DNA of 64,000 nucleotides, from contig NW_024704742.1 in the NCBI RefSeq assembly GCF_018977255.1, forward strand, positions 90,894,001 to 90,958,000. The letters are read 5' to 3'. The notes beneath the pieces were generated by a model. The model did not search any database. It was not told the origin of the DNA and was given only the letters and a program-made list of their open reading frames with translations. The translations under genes were made by a program, and so were the position numbers. Of the stretch, positions 12,951-26,033 are shown piece by piece. The first letter of the stretch is position 1; the number at the start of each line of letters is the position of its first letter. Source of the DNA: Callorhinchus milii (lineage: Eukaryota).

Positions 12951-13032
12951 AGTATCAGGCCCAGGTTAACCTTGTGGTGCATCAGATATATGTCCAAATA
13001 GTTCTCGTTCATAGTTCCAAGTTCCTGGGCAA

Positions 13033-14316
13033 GGAGCCTGGATATATTTGCTCTCTTTCCCCCCCCACCCCTTCACCACCCTACCCAGGAAGAAAGATTA
13101 TTTCTTCCTGGGTGGGTTAGTGGGGAAGACATTGCTTGGAGATCCCAGACTATGCATTGAGTTATTGCTGGAGTCTAACCAGCTAAAACATTGCGCATAC
13201 TATCTGGCAAGCTTCCCATTGCTTATGGAGCAAGGACCTACCCATTAGGGCTTTGGCTTGCAGGGTTAACAGGAGCTGAGAGGAAACAATCACTGACTCC
13301 AGTGACCTATCTGTCTCACTAAATCTTCCTGATGAGCAGCCTAGCTGATCTGTCATTAACAGTGTCCATTGGAGTACTGCGGAGTACTTGATGGCTTAGA
13401 AACCGGACTACCCAGAATGCCACAAAGGATCAAATCCATTCTGATATTCTAATGTCAGGCTCAGGCTTAAGGAGAAAGTCTCTGTTTAACTTCCTCCCAC
13501 CCCCTCAAGTCATTCATTCTTGTTTGACATCTGACAAGCACAAGTTTGAGGCCTCACTAAGTGGATAGCAGGTCCCAGGAACTTCCTGTGAGCATCTTAG
13601 TGCATGAAATATTCAATTTCCTCATTAGGTAGTGTTGGACATCTGCCTTCAGCATGGTGGAAGGACCTATGTGGGACAGTTGTAACGTGCCATCCACCTT
13701 ATTGTTCTAGAGGTCCAACTCCAATAGTGTATAGCAGATTTACTCAATACTGACTATGTAATACAGGTCCTCATGTGAGTGGCCTTGGCAAAGAGATGTG
13801 CCCACTGTGAAGCCGCCTCTGTCTCCAGGATACTTAGCAAAGGTCACTATAGGCCGAAGCCCTCCCTCCCTTTTTACCACAAATCCTGATCACTGTTTAG
13901 CTGGCGACTTTACAAATGGGCTGAAGGAGACTCCTGCTTGCCCAGGAGCTTGGAACAATGAAGGAGAACCTTTTGGACACACATCTTATGCACCACAAGT
14001 TTAACCTGTATTGGGATTTTGCTATTAATGAAGAGAGATGAGAGTAAACAGAGAGTAAACTTTGCCCCTTTTCAGGCAAATCCCGAAGGACACAGTGTCT
14101 CAAAACAAAACTTGGTGTCCACCACCATCATGTGTTGATACCAATTGTCAATTAGGTCGAATGCCTCCTGTATCTATCAATCCATCCAGGAGGAAAGAAA
14201 ATTCAAGAGATTTTGCTGTCTGAAAGCGTTAGAGATAGACTCTTGAATTTCCCTTTCTCCTGGGTGGGGTGATGGGGAGGGAGGGAGGAGAAAGAGATCA
14301 AATATATCCAGGCTCC
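13033..14316. repeat. Inverted repeat pair (13033-13116 and 14181-14316), each copy containing a hairpin
   Basis: ggagcctggatatatttg at 13033 is the exact reverse complement of caaatatatccaggctcc ending at 14316; similarity continues for about 60 nt. Confidence 0.85.
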
Positions 14317-15074
14317 ATTCAGTGCCTACCCACTCTCCGTGATTCAGAGATTGACAGTAAATACCCATCCTATCAATTTACGGAATAGTACATCATTGTC
14401 TCAATGTGCTGTGATAAGCCAGGCCACAAACACGTGCCCAATCCAGGCATGGTGTGTGGCAGCCTGGAGGCACAAAGACAAAGAGAAAACACATTTAAAA
14501 AATTGGGGGTGGAGACATGACATGAAAAAAGTGACTCTCTGCATGTGATGAGCATGATGTGTTGACAGCAGAGTGATTTATTTAACGTATCCAAGACCAT
14601 CAAAAGCACTTATGGCAGAGGAAGAGCTTTTTCATTCTCTGTGTTGGATTTACTCTTCACCCACCCAAAAAAAAGTTAGTGAGAAAAAAGGAATTATGCC
14701 GGACAAAAAGCTCCTGAATTTGATATTGTAACATCAACCCTTTAAGAGTTATGAAGTGATTTACAGTTGGAACAAACGCACACGATTTCCAAAGTGATGG
14801 CTTTCATATTACTACAAGTCTATTAGCGCAGAGTGAATCATTGTGGTAAAGTATTTAACCAGAAAGTCAATAGTGTCTCCAGACCTTTGCACTGAGTGAG
14901 GCATTTTACGGTAAATTTTAATAGGGCAGCTGTGCTAGCAAAACCGTTGACACCCCTCCGTTCCCCTTGGCTCTTGCCTGGCTACAGAAAGATTTTGTTT
15001 TCCATTTGGCTTTTGCTGCTTTTGATATGCAGGAATGCGCTGGAGGAGCTGGGCATTTCTCAATAATTGTGCCA

Positions 15075-15197
15075 CATTGTGGTTCGAGGCAACAAATTAC
15101 ACAGTCAATCCACTTTACAATATATTCTATGAAGTGCTTTGAGACTTCTTAAGGATGTGATAAGGCACTATATCACACGCAAGGATTATTATTATAA
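15075..15197 (+). mobile_element. SINE 3' fragment
   Basis: cagtcaatccactttacaatatattctatgaagtgctttgagac...aaggattattattata. Confidence 0.85.
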
Positions 15198-15498
15198 CTA
15201 TCGCAGACAAATCAATAGTGGTTCTTTTTGCTCTATTTTCTATATTGGTGGACCTTTGTACCACTTAATTCTTCCCAGTCACGGAGACAAAGTATGGTGG
15301 CTTTTTAATCAACTGAACTACTGCATCACAATACAATGTACCGTGCAGGGAGCTTCATGTCCAGTTATGTGGACTATTAGCCATGCAGGCTACAGAAGTT
15401 CAAAACCTGTGCTTACCTGTTTGGTATGTGGAGGGAGTTGCAAATGTAAAGAACCTTGCATTTTTCAGGAACGAAGGGAGGGGTGGGAATGCACCATC

Positions 15499-15628
15499 TG
15501 CTGTGCGCAAATGACCACCCAAAATTTGGTTTCACCCAAAATATATGCAGACAATTAATTTTACAGTATATTCTGTGAATCGTTTTGAGACGTCTTGAAG
15601 CTACATCAAATGCAAGGATTATTATTAT
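15499..15628 (+). mobile_element. SINE 3' fragment
   Basis: gctgtgcgcaaat...tcaaatgcaaggattattatta. Confidence 0.85.
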
Positions 15629-16069
15629 GATCAATTTTCTTAGTTTTCGCTATTTCCCTCCCCTTTACAAAAGCCCTGCATCTTCTGTGGGTTTTGGAAT
15701 GGCAAACAGGAGGTCTATCAGGAAGTTATCAGGAGTTGTGCAAGGTTGGCTATGCGAAACCCCCACCAATCTGATTTTCCCGTAAGCTTTTGGCATATGT
15801 CCAGTTTCAATTTAGCACTTTCCCTGTGCAGTGTTGCTGACGTTGAGACCTCAGTGGAGTGGACTGAAGGCACACAATCATGACCTCCCATCCCCTCACT
15901 CCATCATGATGCGTGCAAATGCAGAGCTATCACTTTTTGACGTTTTAATCATATTAGATGGAGTGGGGCATTTACATTGCATATGATCATTTCTTCATTT
16001 CCTCAGACGTTGTTTTACACTTGTCTCCTGCACCTCTCTGAGCAAGTAATTAAACCGGTAGATGTTGCC

Positions 16070-16860
16070 TATCCAGTAAATATCATTTAGTTGGACTTTG
16101 AGAAGGCATTTGAAAAAGTAATGCATGTGAGCCTTCTGAAGAATCAGGTCCCTTTTGAAGAAAAGAAAAAGCACAGGGATTAGTGACAAAGTAGCTGTCA
16201 GTGGTTGGATTGGAAGCTGATTTAGAAACAGGATGCAAAAGTTAATGATAAAAGGAAAAATCTTGTCGGGGAAGTGGGGGAGAGAATTTCCACAAGACCC
16301 TCATCTGGATCCCCTGAGATTCATTTTAATTGATTGTTAATTTCATAGTTAAAAACATCACTATTTCCTTCTGTACATATATATTTACACACAGCACATA
16401 ATGAACTCCACTTTCTATACACAGGGGGAATGGGGGTGTGGGGCTGGGTGATGTATGTTGGGGGAAGTGAGGCAGAGTTGAACAGACAAAGATGAAAAAA
16501 TAGTGAGGAATTTAAGAGAGAGCTAAATAGCTACTTGGTTTGAGTAAGAATGCCTAGGGTTGTGGCAGGAGACAGGATCAGGGAAGATTGTAGTCATGGG
16601 GCTTGGAATGTTTTTGGAAAAGTAGCTCAGTGGGCTGAATGTCCTTCTCCTGCTCCGAATTTCCCACGTTCCCTGCATAGTAATTTTAGCTCAATTGGCT
16701 TCAGTGATAAGGGAGGATCTCCTGCAGAACTCTTTCCAGGAAGACAATAATGATGAATAGGTTGGAGGATACAATAGGGCAGGTTCTATGTGGTCTGTGG
16801 GGAGAAGTGGGCTTTAGGGGGCCAAATGGCCTTTTCTTATTCCATGCTTTCTTCTTACAC
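16070..16860 (+). mobile_element. Cluster of degraded CR1 fragments (RT piece ~16070-16270; 3' ends ~16500-16655 and ~16745-16855)
   Basis: LDFEKAFEKV-like remnant; FKRELNSYL remnant; gggccaaatggcct tail. Confidence 0.7.
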
Positions 16861-17610
16861 TTGAATACAGCTGTTTGCAACCAAGTTACAACTGGTTCAA
16901 GCAACACCCAGGTTCTGGTTCATCTCAGGTATGTGCAGGTATGTGCTGCTTAAAACTCTAACCTTAATTCTGAGCCACCCCAGATTCAAGTCTATCTGAC
17001 TTTGGGCACCTAACCACTAGCCATTTTGATGGGATTAGTTGTTAGACTTAGAATGCAACTGGAAAAATGTAAGGTCACATAGTTCCATTTGGGGATTTGA
17101 GGATTTTAAACCCCTGAGTTCCTGGTTTTAAAAAAAAATATGTTTAAAAAGTGCTCCACCCAAGAGTACAGCTCTGGTGACGAGACCAAAACAGTCAAGA
17201 GAAACACAGTGATTTATTTGAAAGGGCCTTTTTATGTGTCACATTTCTGGATTGCAAGGCGGAATTTCTTGATGTAAATGTATTGCCTGCTTGGCAGTAA
17301 TACACTCATCTTCGCAGTAGAATTCATCAAAGTTATCCATTATTGAAAGGTTTGCAGTCGACAGTTTCCAAAGCTGCTGGCAACAGCCCAGAGTGTCGTG
17401 ATCTGTCGCCATAATCACTTACCTCCTCCCCAGTGGCCCAAGAGTGCAACTTTAGTGAGGTAACCCACTTTCAACCACACCTACCAATCATGCCTCATTA
17501 CAGGAGCACAAGTCAATTACTGTACCCAACAGTAGTGAGCGGCTAAGAGATTCCTGTACTTTCCATTAAAAGGACTCGGTCTTAATGAGGGGACAAGTAT
17601 AGCCGATCAT

Positions 17611-17846
17611 GGGTCCAAAATTTCACCCAGTCTTAGCCTGCATGACCATTTTCTCTTGAGATTTAAGCTTGCGCAGAATTGTGGAAAGTTCTTAGATCCA
17701 GTATAATTTTCTCCTTCAAGAGCTGCGGAAATCTAGAGGTCAGACCAAGACTGAATTGAAGATTTTTTTCCCTGTAATTCTGCCCGATCTTAAATTTTAA
17801 CTCAGAAATATTTCTGCAGTTTAAACACTAGGTGGAATTTCAGGCC
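17611..17846. mobile_element. Uninterrupted ~235-nt palindromic MITE-like element
   Basis: gggtccaaaatttcacccagt... pairs imperfectly with ...actaggtggaatttcaggcc, and complementarity continues ~100 nt inward. Confidence 0.8.
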
Positions 17847-18137
17847 ACATGATTTTGTTCAACAGGAACACAGGGAGGATTGAGTCAGGAAAATAGTCAA
17901 TAATTTTCATCACAGTGTCTCTCTTGCAAGTGACAGGCTGGATCTTGCTTTCTGATTCAATGAATTTGATTGCATCATGTGTTGTCAAAACAAAGTGGAT
18001 TTCCAATCACTTTTAATGTCGCCAGTGACTGACCCCTTTAATAGGAATCAATGAGGTACAGTAATACAGAAAGGAAATGGCTTAGATTTGTCCTTCCAGT
18101 TTACTTTACAAATATTCACTTATCAAGTGTCACTGAG

Positions 18138-18260
18138 GAACATAGAACGCTACAGCGCTGAATCAAGCCATTCGGCCCAACTAGTCCGTGTTGATGTTTA
18201 TCAACATCAGCTTCCTCCCCTCTTGATCTCCTCTCCCATACCCCTCTATCCACACTTTTT
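18138..18260 (-). mobile_element. CR1 3' tail fragment
   Basis: gaacatagaacgctacagc...gccattcggccca. Confidence 0.7.
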
Positions 18261-18589
18261 TTATATACTGCTTTTTTTAAAAAAAGTGTTTTTTTTGTCA
18301 AGGAGATGGATTTAAACTTTCTCCAGGTTGTGGCTGTCCACCATCTGTGTTAGGAATGTGCAATCCCAGACAAAGGATTGGCAAAGACTTCTCTCTGTCT
18401 GAATCTAAGTGCCTGAAGATACCCTTGAAACACCTGGACAGAATCAGCAGGTGACTGGAGCAGGAGGAGGAGGAGGTGGGGGTGTGGAGACGAGAGGATC
18501 AGTCACTCGTATTAGAACAACCCTGACTGAATATTTTAAACATTACTCAGTCTTTGGCTCCCGAAGTAAAGACAGAAAATAAAATCATC

Positions 18590-18970
18590 AGGTTCCAATT
18601 TGAGTGGAAGTGTTATGGGACAGATGTACCGCGTAGAGGACAAGATGTACCACTGTTCCAACACAAACGGGAAAATCCAACTCAAGGTTATGACCTCCAA
18701 TTATTTATCAATAATGCTTGTAGAATGTATGCGGTTGATAGGGATAGTAATCTGCATCCAACAATTCTGCTGAACTTTAATAGTCTCTGAGAGTTTTATT
18801 CTGTTATACAGAGAGTAATGGAATCTAACTATAAAAACATGAAGGGATACTGGAAAAAAGCTGGAAAGTTAGATTGATGAAAGAAAAAGGTCAATTTAGA
18901 AAAACAGATAGCAATAGTGTGGCACTGACATGTTGGGCCAAATGGCCCCCTTCTGTGCTCAGTGTTTATG
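18590..18970 (+). mobile_element. Old CR1 3' fragment
   Basis: Ends tgttgggccaaatggcccccttctgtgct; degenerate ORF2 C-terminus upstream. Confidence 0.6.
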
Positions 18971-20025
18971 CTTTAACTTATACATTGTTTGCATTTATAG
19001 TCATTATAACACTATTGCCAAATACAGCTTTGACATTGTTCCACCATAACTGTTCAAGGGGCTAACAAATTATTTGAATTTAGAACCCCCTAAAGTATTG
19101 AATAGGAGTTACAGTAACTGGATGTGCTGGAGACAGATCCTCTCTTTTCCCCCCACATACAGGTACAAAGGTCACTGCACTCTGCGGTAAGCCTCTGAAG
19201 GGTTTTGAGCCATTTCAATTAAGTGATAAGCGCTACATCAATTGCAAGAGTTATTATTCTACTATTAAACCAGGTATTGTATTATACTTCCAGTTCATTT
19301 GTGGTTCCTGGCTTTTGACCATTGACTCTCCACATTTTACTAAACAAAATGCTCAGAGTAAAGCTATGATCCCACAAACCAGTGCCACAACCAGCAGTTG
19401 AATACGAGGCTGGGTTGGAGGAGTCCAGCTCTGAGAAGTTTTGGTAATTCCTATTTGATAGTTTAGAGATTTTTAACTTTAGGACAGACAATGGAATTTA
19501 AATCACACTGTTTTTTTTGGAAGGTGGCTGAATTGTTTTCTCTTGAGCAGAGTTTCAATAATTTGGTTGCTTTATCCTTTGACATTCACAGAAAAGTATT
19601 AAATGATATAATTACTGGATTGTTGGATGGAATTATATGTAGTAGATTACAAGGCAATACTGTTTATATTATAGATGGTGCATTAGTGTAAAGTAATGGA
19701 CTGTAATCCCATTTTAGTAGGTGATGTGCTGTTGGCACACTAATGGGTTTCACATGTGCAGTACATCCTACCACTGGGTGAGGTCAGACAATGGCAAATA
19801 CTAGATCATATGCAGAGAGACATATGAAAGACATATATATCTTTGAAAGAGAGCTATAGTGTCAAGAGATTAGATGAGAGATGAAAGATGCCCTTCAGAC
19901 CATTTGATCTTATCTTTCCAGAATACCCAGTTTACCATCTTCCCAAGTTACTTATAAAATGAGTCCAGTGTTCTGATCTCAAGCATCCTTCCTGGTAATC
20001 TCTTCCAGCTATGCAAAATGGAGTA

Positions 20026-20275
20026 TTGTTGGCCAGGATACCAAATAAACTCCCTTCTGTTTTTGAATAGTGCCATGGGATCTTTAATGTCCACCTGAAC
20101 AGGCAGATGGGATCTCAGTTTAACATCTCATCCAAAGGTTGGCATCTCTGGCAATGCAAACCCCCCTCCCACGCCGCAGCACTGCACTAGCGTGTCAACT
20201 TAGACTATTTGATTTGGAGTCCCAGCTTGAACCCGCAACCTATGACTCAGACACAAGAGTGCTACCACACAGCCC
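20026..20275 (-). mobile_element. Type A SINE 5' half
   Basis: Core tagtgccatgggatctttaatgtccacctgaacaggcag plus head ttgaacccgcaacctatgactcagacacaagagtgctacc. Confidence 0.88.
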
Positions 20276-21725
20276 CAAATGACCCTCAGAATTTTACCAA
20301 TGGATGCATTAGTTTTATTTGTAGGTAGGTGGAAAATGTAGAGGTAAATATATACAATTCATGGCAAGTGGAGGGCAGATTTCCCTTGGATGTTTCTTTT
20401 AATACCCTAACTACAAGGTTGACCCTCCCCACTTCAGTATTTTGAATTAAAGATCCTCTTTGGTTGTCAACATTTAAGAACTTGGCAGCCCAACCTATTG
20501 GCTCAAACATACTTTTTTGATTTTTTTTGTTACAGTATTGAGAAACTAGGAAAAGGGTCGAGACCATAATACAAGATGCAATGCAGCAAAGGTTGAAATG
20601 AATAGGAGATGTAATGGTTTATAATTAAGTTCAGTTGTTTATCACCAAACATACTTTTTTATTAACAATTCTTATTTTTAGAATGCAGCGCATTAATTTT
20701 GTTTAACTGGTGAGTTGTGCCTCTGTTTGCACATTGTGCTATTCATCTGTTGCACAAGGGGAAATTCTCTGTTAATCCCTTCCACAGCCAGTACCCACAT
20801 TGCTAATGTCTGTGCTATCCAACACAACAGAGCTACTCCCTTTCTCAGGTCAGTAACAGAGCTATGCACAAGTGCTAGACAATTACAGGCACTTGCACGG
20901 AATCCAACTTCAGATATGATTGTGCTGTCGCTTTCAAATGCAGCTCTGAGCCTAATCTCGCTTGGCACCTATTAGGGCACACATATGAAACCGAGGTTTT
21001 GTGCCAAATTGATTCAATCTGGGTAAAGCCATGAGGTGGGTGAATCCAAATCGATCCCAATTGACAGAATTCAGGACTCGTTGGGTTCAGAAACAGCACT
21101 GAAGCTCTTCCCTAGCAAATTCCAATTGCTCTATGGAACAGTGTGTAATAGCCTTTCCCACTGGAAAGCTCTAACTTTCCAATAAAGTTCCTTGGCATTT
21201 CTGTACAGTTTGTATGTGAATGCCATGGTTTTATTTTGAAGGATGTTAACAAAAGAGAGTTGTGCCTTATTTCTTGTGCTAACTAATTTTTTTTCTCACG
21301 TGCCAGTTTCTGATTTTCTCCTCATTGGCACATGCCTATCTATTCCTGGTCCCCAGCCTCTTCACGCTGGGTGCAATTTCACAGACGTGGGCTTACTTAC
21401 TTACTTGCTCACTTGCCCGCCCACCCCCCTGAATGGTTGGTGAGTCTTGGCATTGAGTCTTGGCAACCACTTGACTAGGGTGTCATAGCTGTGCCTGACC
21501 TGTCCTACTTGGCTGTCAAACATGCACACTACCATCAGAGGGTGCTGAAGAGGGACAAGATGTAGGACCACAGCAAGCTTTCCATTCCCTAATTCTTGGA
21601 AGGCTGGGGCCAATTCAGCCTCTACGGAAGAAACCAGCAAATACAGAAGAGACCAGCAGAGTCAGCATAGATCAGGACCGGGAGAAGGAATGATTTGAAC
21701 CAGCGAGCTCCTGGACCATAACAAG

Positions 21726-22380
21726 AACAACAACAACAAAATTACATTTATAGAGCGCCTTTCACATCGGGAGGATGTCTCAAAGCGCTGTACAGTCAGG
21801 TGTTGGGGCCCGAGCATGGGGGAGGGGTGGTGTAGGGGTGAGGGATGGCAGAGAGGTGGGAGGGAGACCAAAGGCACAGTCGAAGAGAAGGGTCTTGAGA
21901 CCGGCCTTGAAAGAGGCAAGGGAGGAAGCGAGGTGAAGGGACCTTGGGATGGAGTTCCAGAGTGTGGAGGCAGAGAGGCTGAAAGCCCGGCCACCGATGA
22001 TAGGGTGGGTCGGGCGGGATACATGGAGCAGGCCGGAGCCCGCTGAACAGAGGGAGCGAGCAGGTTAGTAAGGAGTCAGCAGGTCAGAGAGGTAGGAAGG
22101 GGCAAGGCCATGGATGGCCTTAAAGGTGATGACGAGGATCTTGAATTCAATCCTCTGGGGGATGGGAAGCCAGTGGAGTCGGGCGAGGGTGGGAGTGATG
22201 GGGTCACGGAGCCTGGTGCGCGAGAGTACACAAGCTGTAGAGTTTGGATGATCTGCAGCTTGTGAAGGGAAGAGTTGGGAAGGCCGATGAGGAGGGAGTT
22301 CCCATAATCAAGCCTTGAGGTGACAAATGCATGGGTGAGGGTTTCGGCAGCCTGAGGGGTGAGGCAATGCAGCTCCAGCC
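21726..22380 (-). mobile_element. L2 LINE 3' fragment (~650 bp)
   Basis: ORF 22076..22426(-) gives AETLTHAFVTSRLDYGNSLLIGLP; (AAC)n tail. Confidence 0.95.
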
Positions 22381-25300
22381 GCTGCACCATCAGGATGCCC
22401 CCTTGTGTTCTCTCTGAAAGCAACAAACAAGATATATTGAATGCTGTAACTGAATTAATCTACATTTAAAAAAATATTTTTTTCTAATGATTCGAGAAAC
22501 ATTACATTATCCGCTGTCCAAATCACCCCAGTGGCTGTTACTCACAGTGTGATTGCTTTATGTTCTTACCTTGTGTTGATAAGAGACGGTGGAGTGAAGC
22601 CAATGATGAGGTAGGCATTGTGCAGTCTGTGTAAGGAGTTGTGTGCGATAAGCTGAAAGCCCTTTATTGTTCCATGTTTTCCTATGTCTTTATAAAACAA
22701 TCTTTGAAAGCTATATGGAAACACAATTGTAGTGAGAGGCACATTAGAGTCACCATAAACCATGGATTTTATAACAAAATCTGCAGTAGACCAATGACTG
22801 TTATAAGGGGGTTACAATAGTTCTTGATCATACTATGTTCACAGAAACATGAAATGAATGTTTTCACCTGACTGATTTCGATAGGTTTTACTTATTGTTG
22901 GACATTGGCTTTGCATTCACCAATAGCTCTTAATTTATGAAACTTGTCCATGGTCCCAAGGCCGGCATAGAAATAACTGGAAATTGTATATCCTTCTGAT
23001 TTAATTTTCAATATGGCCAACACATCATGAGAGGGTGGCCCAGCTTTCTGGTGTAGCAAAGCACTGTGCACTGGGAGTGGAAAGACATATGATCACATTC
23101 ATGATTCCACACAAATCACATGACCTCTTCCTCATAGAGGAAGTAAAGGAAGTTAAAGGATGTTTGGAAATCTTGACTACTTCATAGTGGTTGGTTCACG
23201 AGGGGCATTAGCAGAAGGTTGAAAGTGTGCCTGCCTGTCCCTTGGTCGAAGATGTTAAATATCAAGGCCTATGAGAGAGAGGTGCGTTTTTAAATTAGTG
23301 ATGCGGAGAATGAATGAAAAGCTTTAATTCAATGCCAACATTCCAGATATTCTTCCCAGGACAGAACATGATCCTGGCTGCCAGCTATGCAGTACTTTGG
23401 TTTGTGTTTGCTAAACTGCAGTGCAGAATTGGACCCTTTGGGGTAAAGACCTAACAATCTGAACATGAACATATTGAATTGGTTCAAATTGAATCAAGAA
23501 AAATTTCAAATCGTGTTCGATTAGGAATTGCTTATTATATGTGGTCTTTTATAAAAGAAAGAACATGTACATGGGACAACATTTGTACGTTTTAACAAGT
23601 TCTGTTTGAACACAAGTCTGCTGTGAGTTTTGTAATGGTGAAATTTTTTTCTTGAGTGCACAGCAGAAGTGGAGTTGCTGCAGCGTCAATCTTTGTGCAT
23701 GTGGAATTTTTTTTTACACACATGTTAAAAGTTTATTTTTCTACAGAGGAGAGTGGTTGGCCCACTTCATTTTGAGTTTGGCTGAATGGCACGCGTTCCA
23801 AAGGGAACCTTTGTGCCTCTTCTGTGCCTTTAGGGTTTGCTCACACCCAGTGCCAAGCTCCACTACTCAGGAACATTGTAAATGTCTTTTAAAGGGCTCC
23901 ATGACACATAATAACTTTTTACAGGGACACATTTTTTTTAACAGAATACCAAGTTGGAATTTGAGATTGCATTATCTAGATGATGATAAATGAGTGTATC
24001 ACAGGACACATATCTGAAGCGTGTGCGGTCGGCACTGTGTGCAATACAATGTTCCATCTCTAATCCAGAATGACTTGCTTATGAGATAGTGAGGATATGG
24101 AGGAAGAAATTTTGTTTACTTTAAATGTGTTTTTTTTCCCCCCTGTCTTGGTTCACCACAGGAAACCATCTCCTGGAGATACGAGCTCATTACCAGGACG
24201 TGCTTTCAAAAGGGACATGTCATGTGCCTAGGATAGCAGCCTTGAGAAAGATAACAAAGCACTTGTAAAACATTTAAGAGATGAGATGAGCATTTTCACT
24301 GAACAAATTATGTTAAAGAACTTAATTTCAGACAGCTATCTTCTGGAGGCATCGCTCAACAAAACAGTCAGTTTTGATAGATCTTTCCCTGAAGGTGTAA
24401 TGTTACATTCAAATAGAAAAGATCCTCAAAATCATCTTTAATGCTTTTTTTTGTTTTTCTTTCACTTATTGACTAGACGTACAAATGTTTGTGCTTCGCA
24501 AGAGACATTTAATGGTGAAGGGGAGAGGAAAAAGTTGACAAAGTGTGTGAGTGAAGATAAGTAATTGGCCACGTCTAGAGGATCGAAACAGCAAATTTTT
24601 TTAATGTGTGGGTGCATGCTTAAATGAATAAAACATGCGTGCCCATGTGACATAGATATGTGTTCTCATATTATTTAGTGCATGTGGGTGTGTGTATACG
24701 AGTGAAAAGTGTGATGTTGCAACCTTTGAATCTCTCAAAAAGTTTGTCCAAGCTTCTCAAATCTCCTCCACTGTGTCCCTATGTATCCTGGGAGTATGGT
24801 TCATCTCTCCTGAGAGATATGTTGGTCTTCAGCCTTTTTGGAACTTATCTAGAATATCTGAAATGCTAATGTTGCAAAATCCCAAAGCTTACATGACATG
24901 TGTTGGGTCTTGCACAATATGATTAAATACTCCCCTCTTCATTGCTTTAATTATGACTGTTCAGTTACAATCATTGCTGCAAGTCAGTATCTTGTACCAA
25001 GGCTCATTTTCTCATTTTGGTGTCAAAGACAGGTGGCCTTCGACAAAATAATTTGGGTCTGTGACCTACGAGTCCATGCTTGCTGTGCTGTCAGTTTTTC
25101 CAGTTACTTGGGAATTGAATGTATATATAGGGTAACAGATGGCTGGGACTACAAGACTATGCCACGATCTCAGGGCTGTGTTGTCATTTGTAACCGACTT
25201 TGAGCCTTGACACTAGGTTCCAATATTTAACTCGCACCCAGCTCTCTGTTTTATGTAACATTCAGTTTTGGGCTTTTTATGTTTTCTTTGCAAAATGCGT

Positions 25301-25594
25301 GCCTATCAAAAGTGCCAATGGGAACAAGAGTAAACAAGCCCATTAGGAAGACCACAGCACTGTGAAATGAACAGATAGGAACTCAGTTATTATTATATAA
25401 ATAGATGTCGTGATACGGTGTCATGTCACCCATACGAGTGTGTTTCAGGGGGTTTTAGCCCCCAGTGTACTGCTGCATTATTCATTACCTTGTATATATT
25501 ATGATGCCAATTGCTGCCTGACGTATTTGGCTGGCTATATCCTAACGTCAACACTTTTATTTTTGGTCTGTTTTGACTTTGAACATCAGGTAGA

Positions 25595-25730
25595 TTGAGA
25601 ATCTTACAGCACAGAAGCAGGCCATTCAACGCACCATGCCTGAGCCAACTCAAGAAAAATCCCTCCATTTAGTCCCTTTCTTTACCCGTTTCTTCCAATG
25701 TTTGTTTGATTCACTTTTAAAATGTTCCTA
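25595..25730 (-). mobile_element. CR1 3' tail fragment
   Basis: gaatcttacagcacagaagcaggccattc. Confidence 0.65.
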
Positions 25731-26033
25731 GATGAACAGGAAAAGTCAGCATCAAGCAAATACCTTGTTGTACACTTAACAAAGGCTTGTGCTATCAAGG
25801 CAGGACGTCCAGTTAGTTGACTGCAGCATAGTGGGACATCCTCCCGACATGAAAGGTATTATACAAATGTTATTAGCTGTTGTTGGTGTAGTGCCGAAGT
25901 TGAATGAATTCTAGTTCAATGATATTATGGAGCGATGATGTTCAAGCACCAACTCCTCCTAACCCCACACAAACTATTAAGATGTTTGGTGTTAAAATCG
26001 CAAGTAAATACTATTACCCGGACCATCTCATGC

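Noticed and set aside
21000..21065. Weak imperfect palindrome
   Set aside because: Only about two thirds complementary over ~26 nt; cannot be distinguished from chance or a very old MITE by eye.
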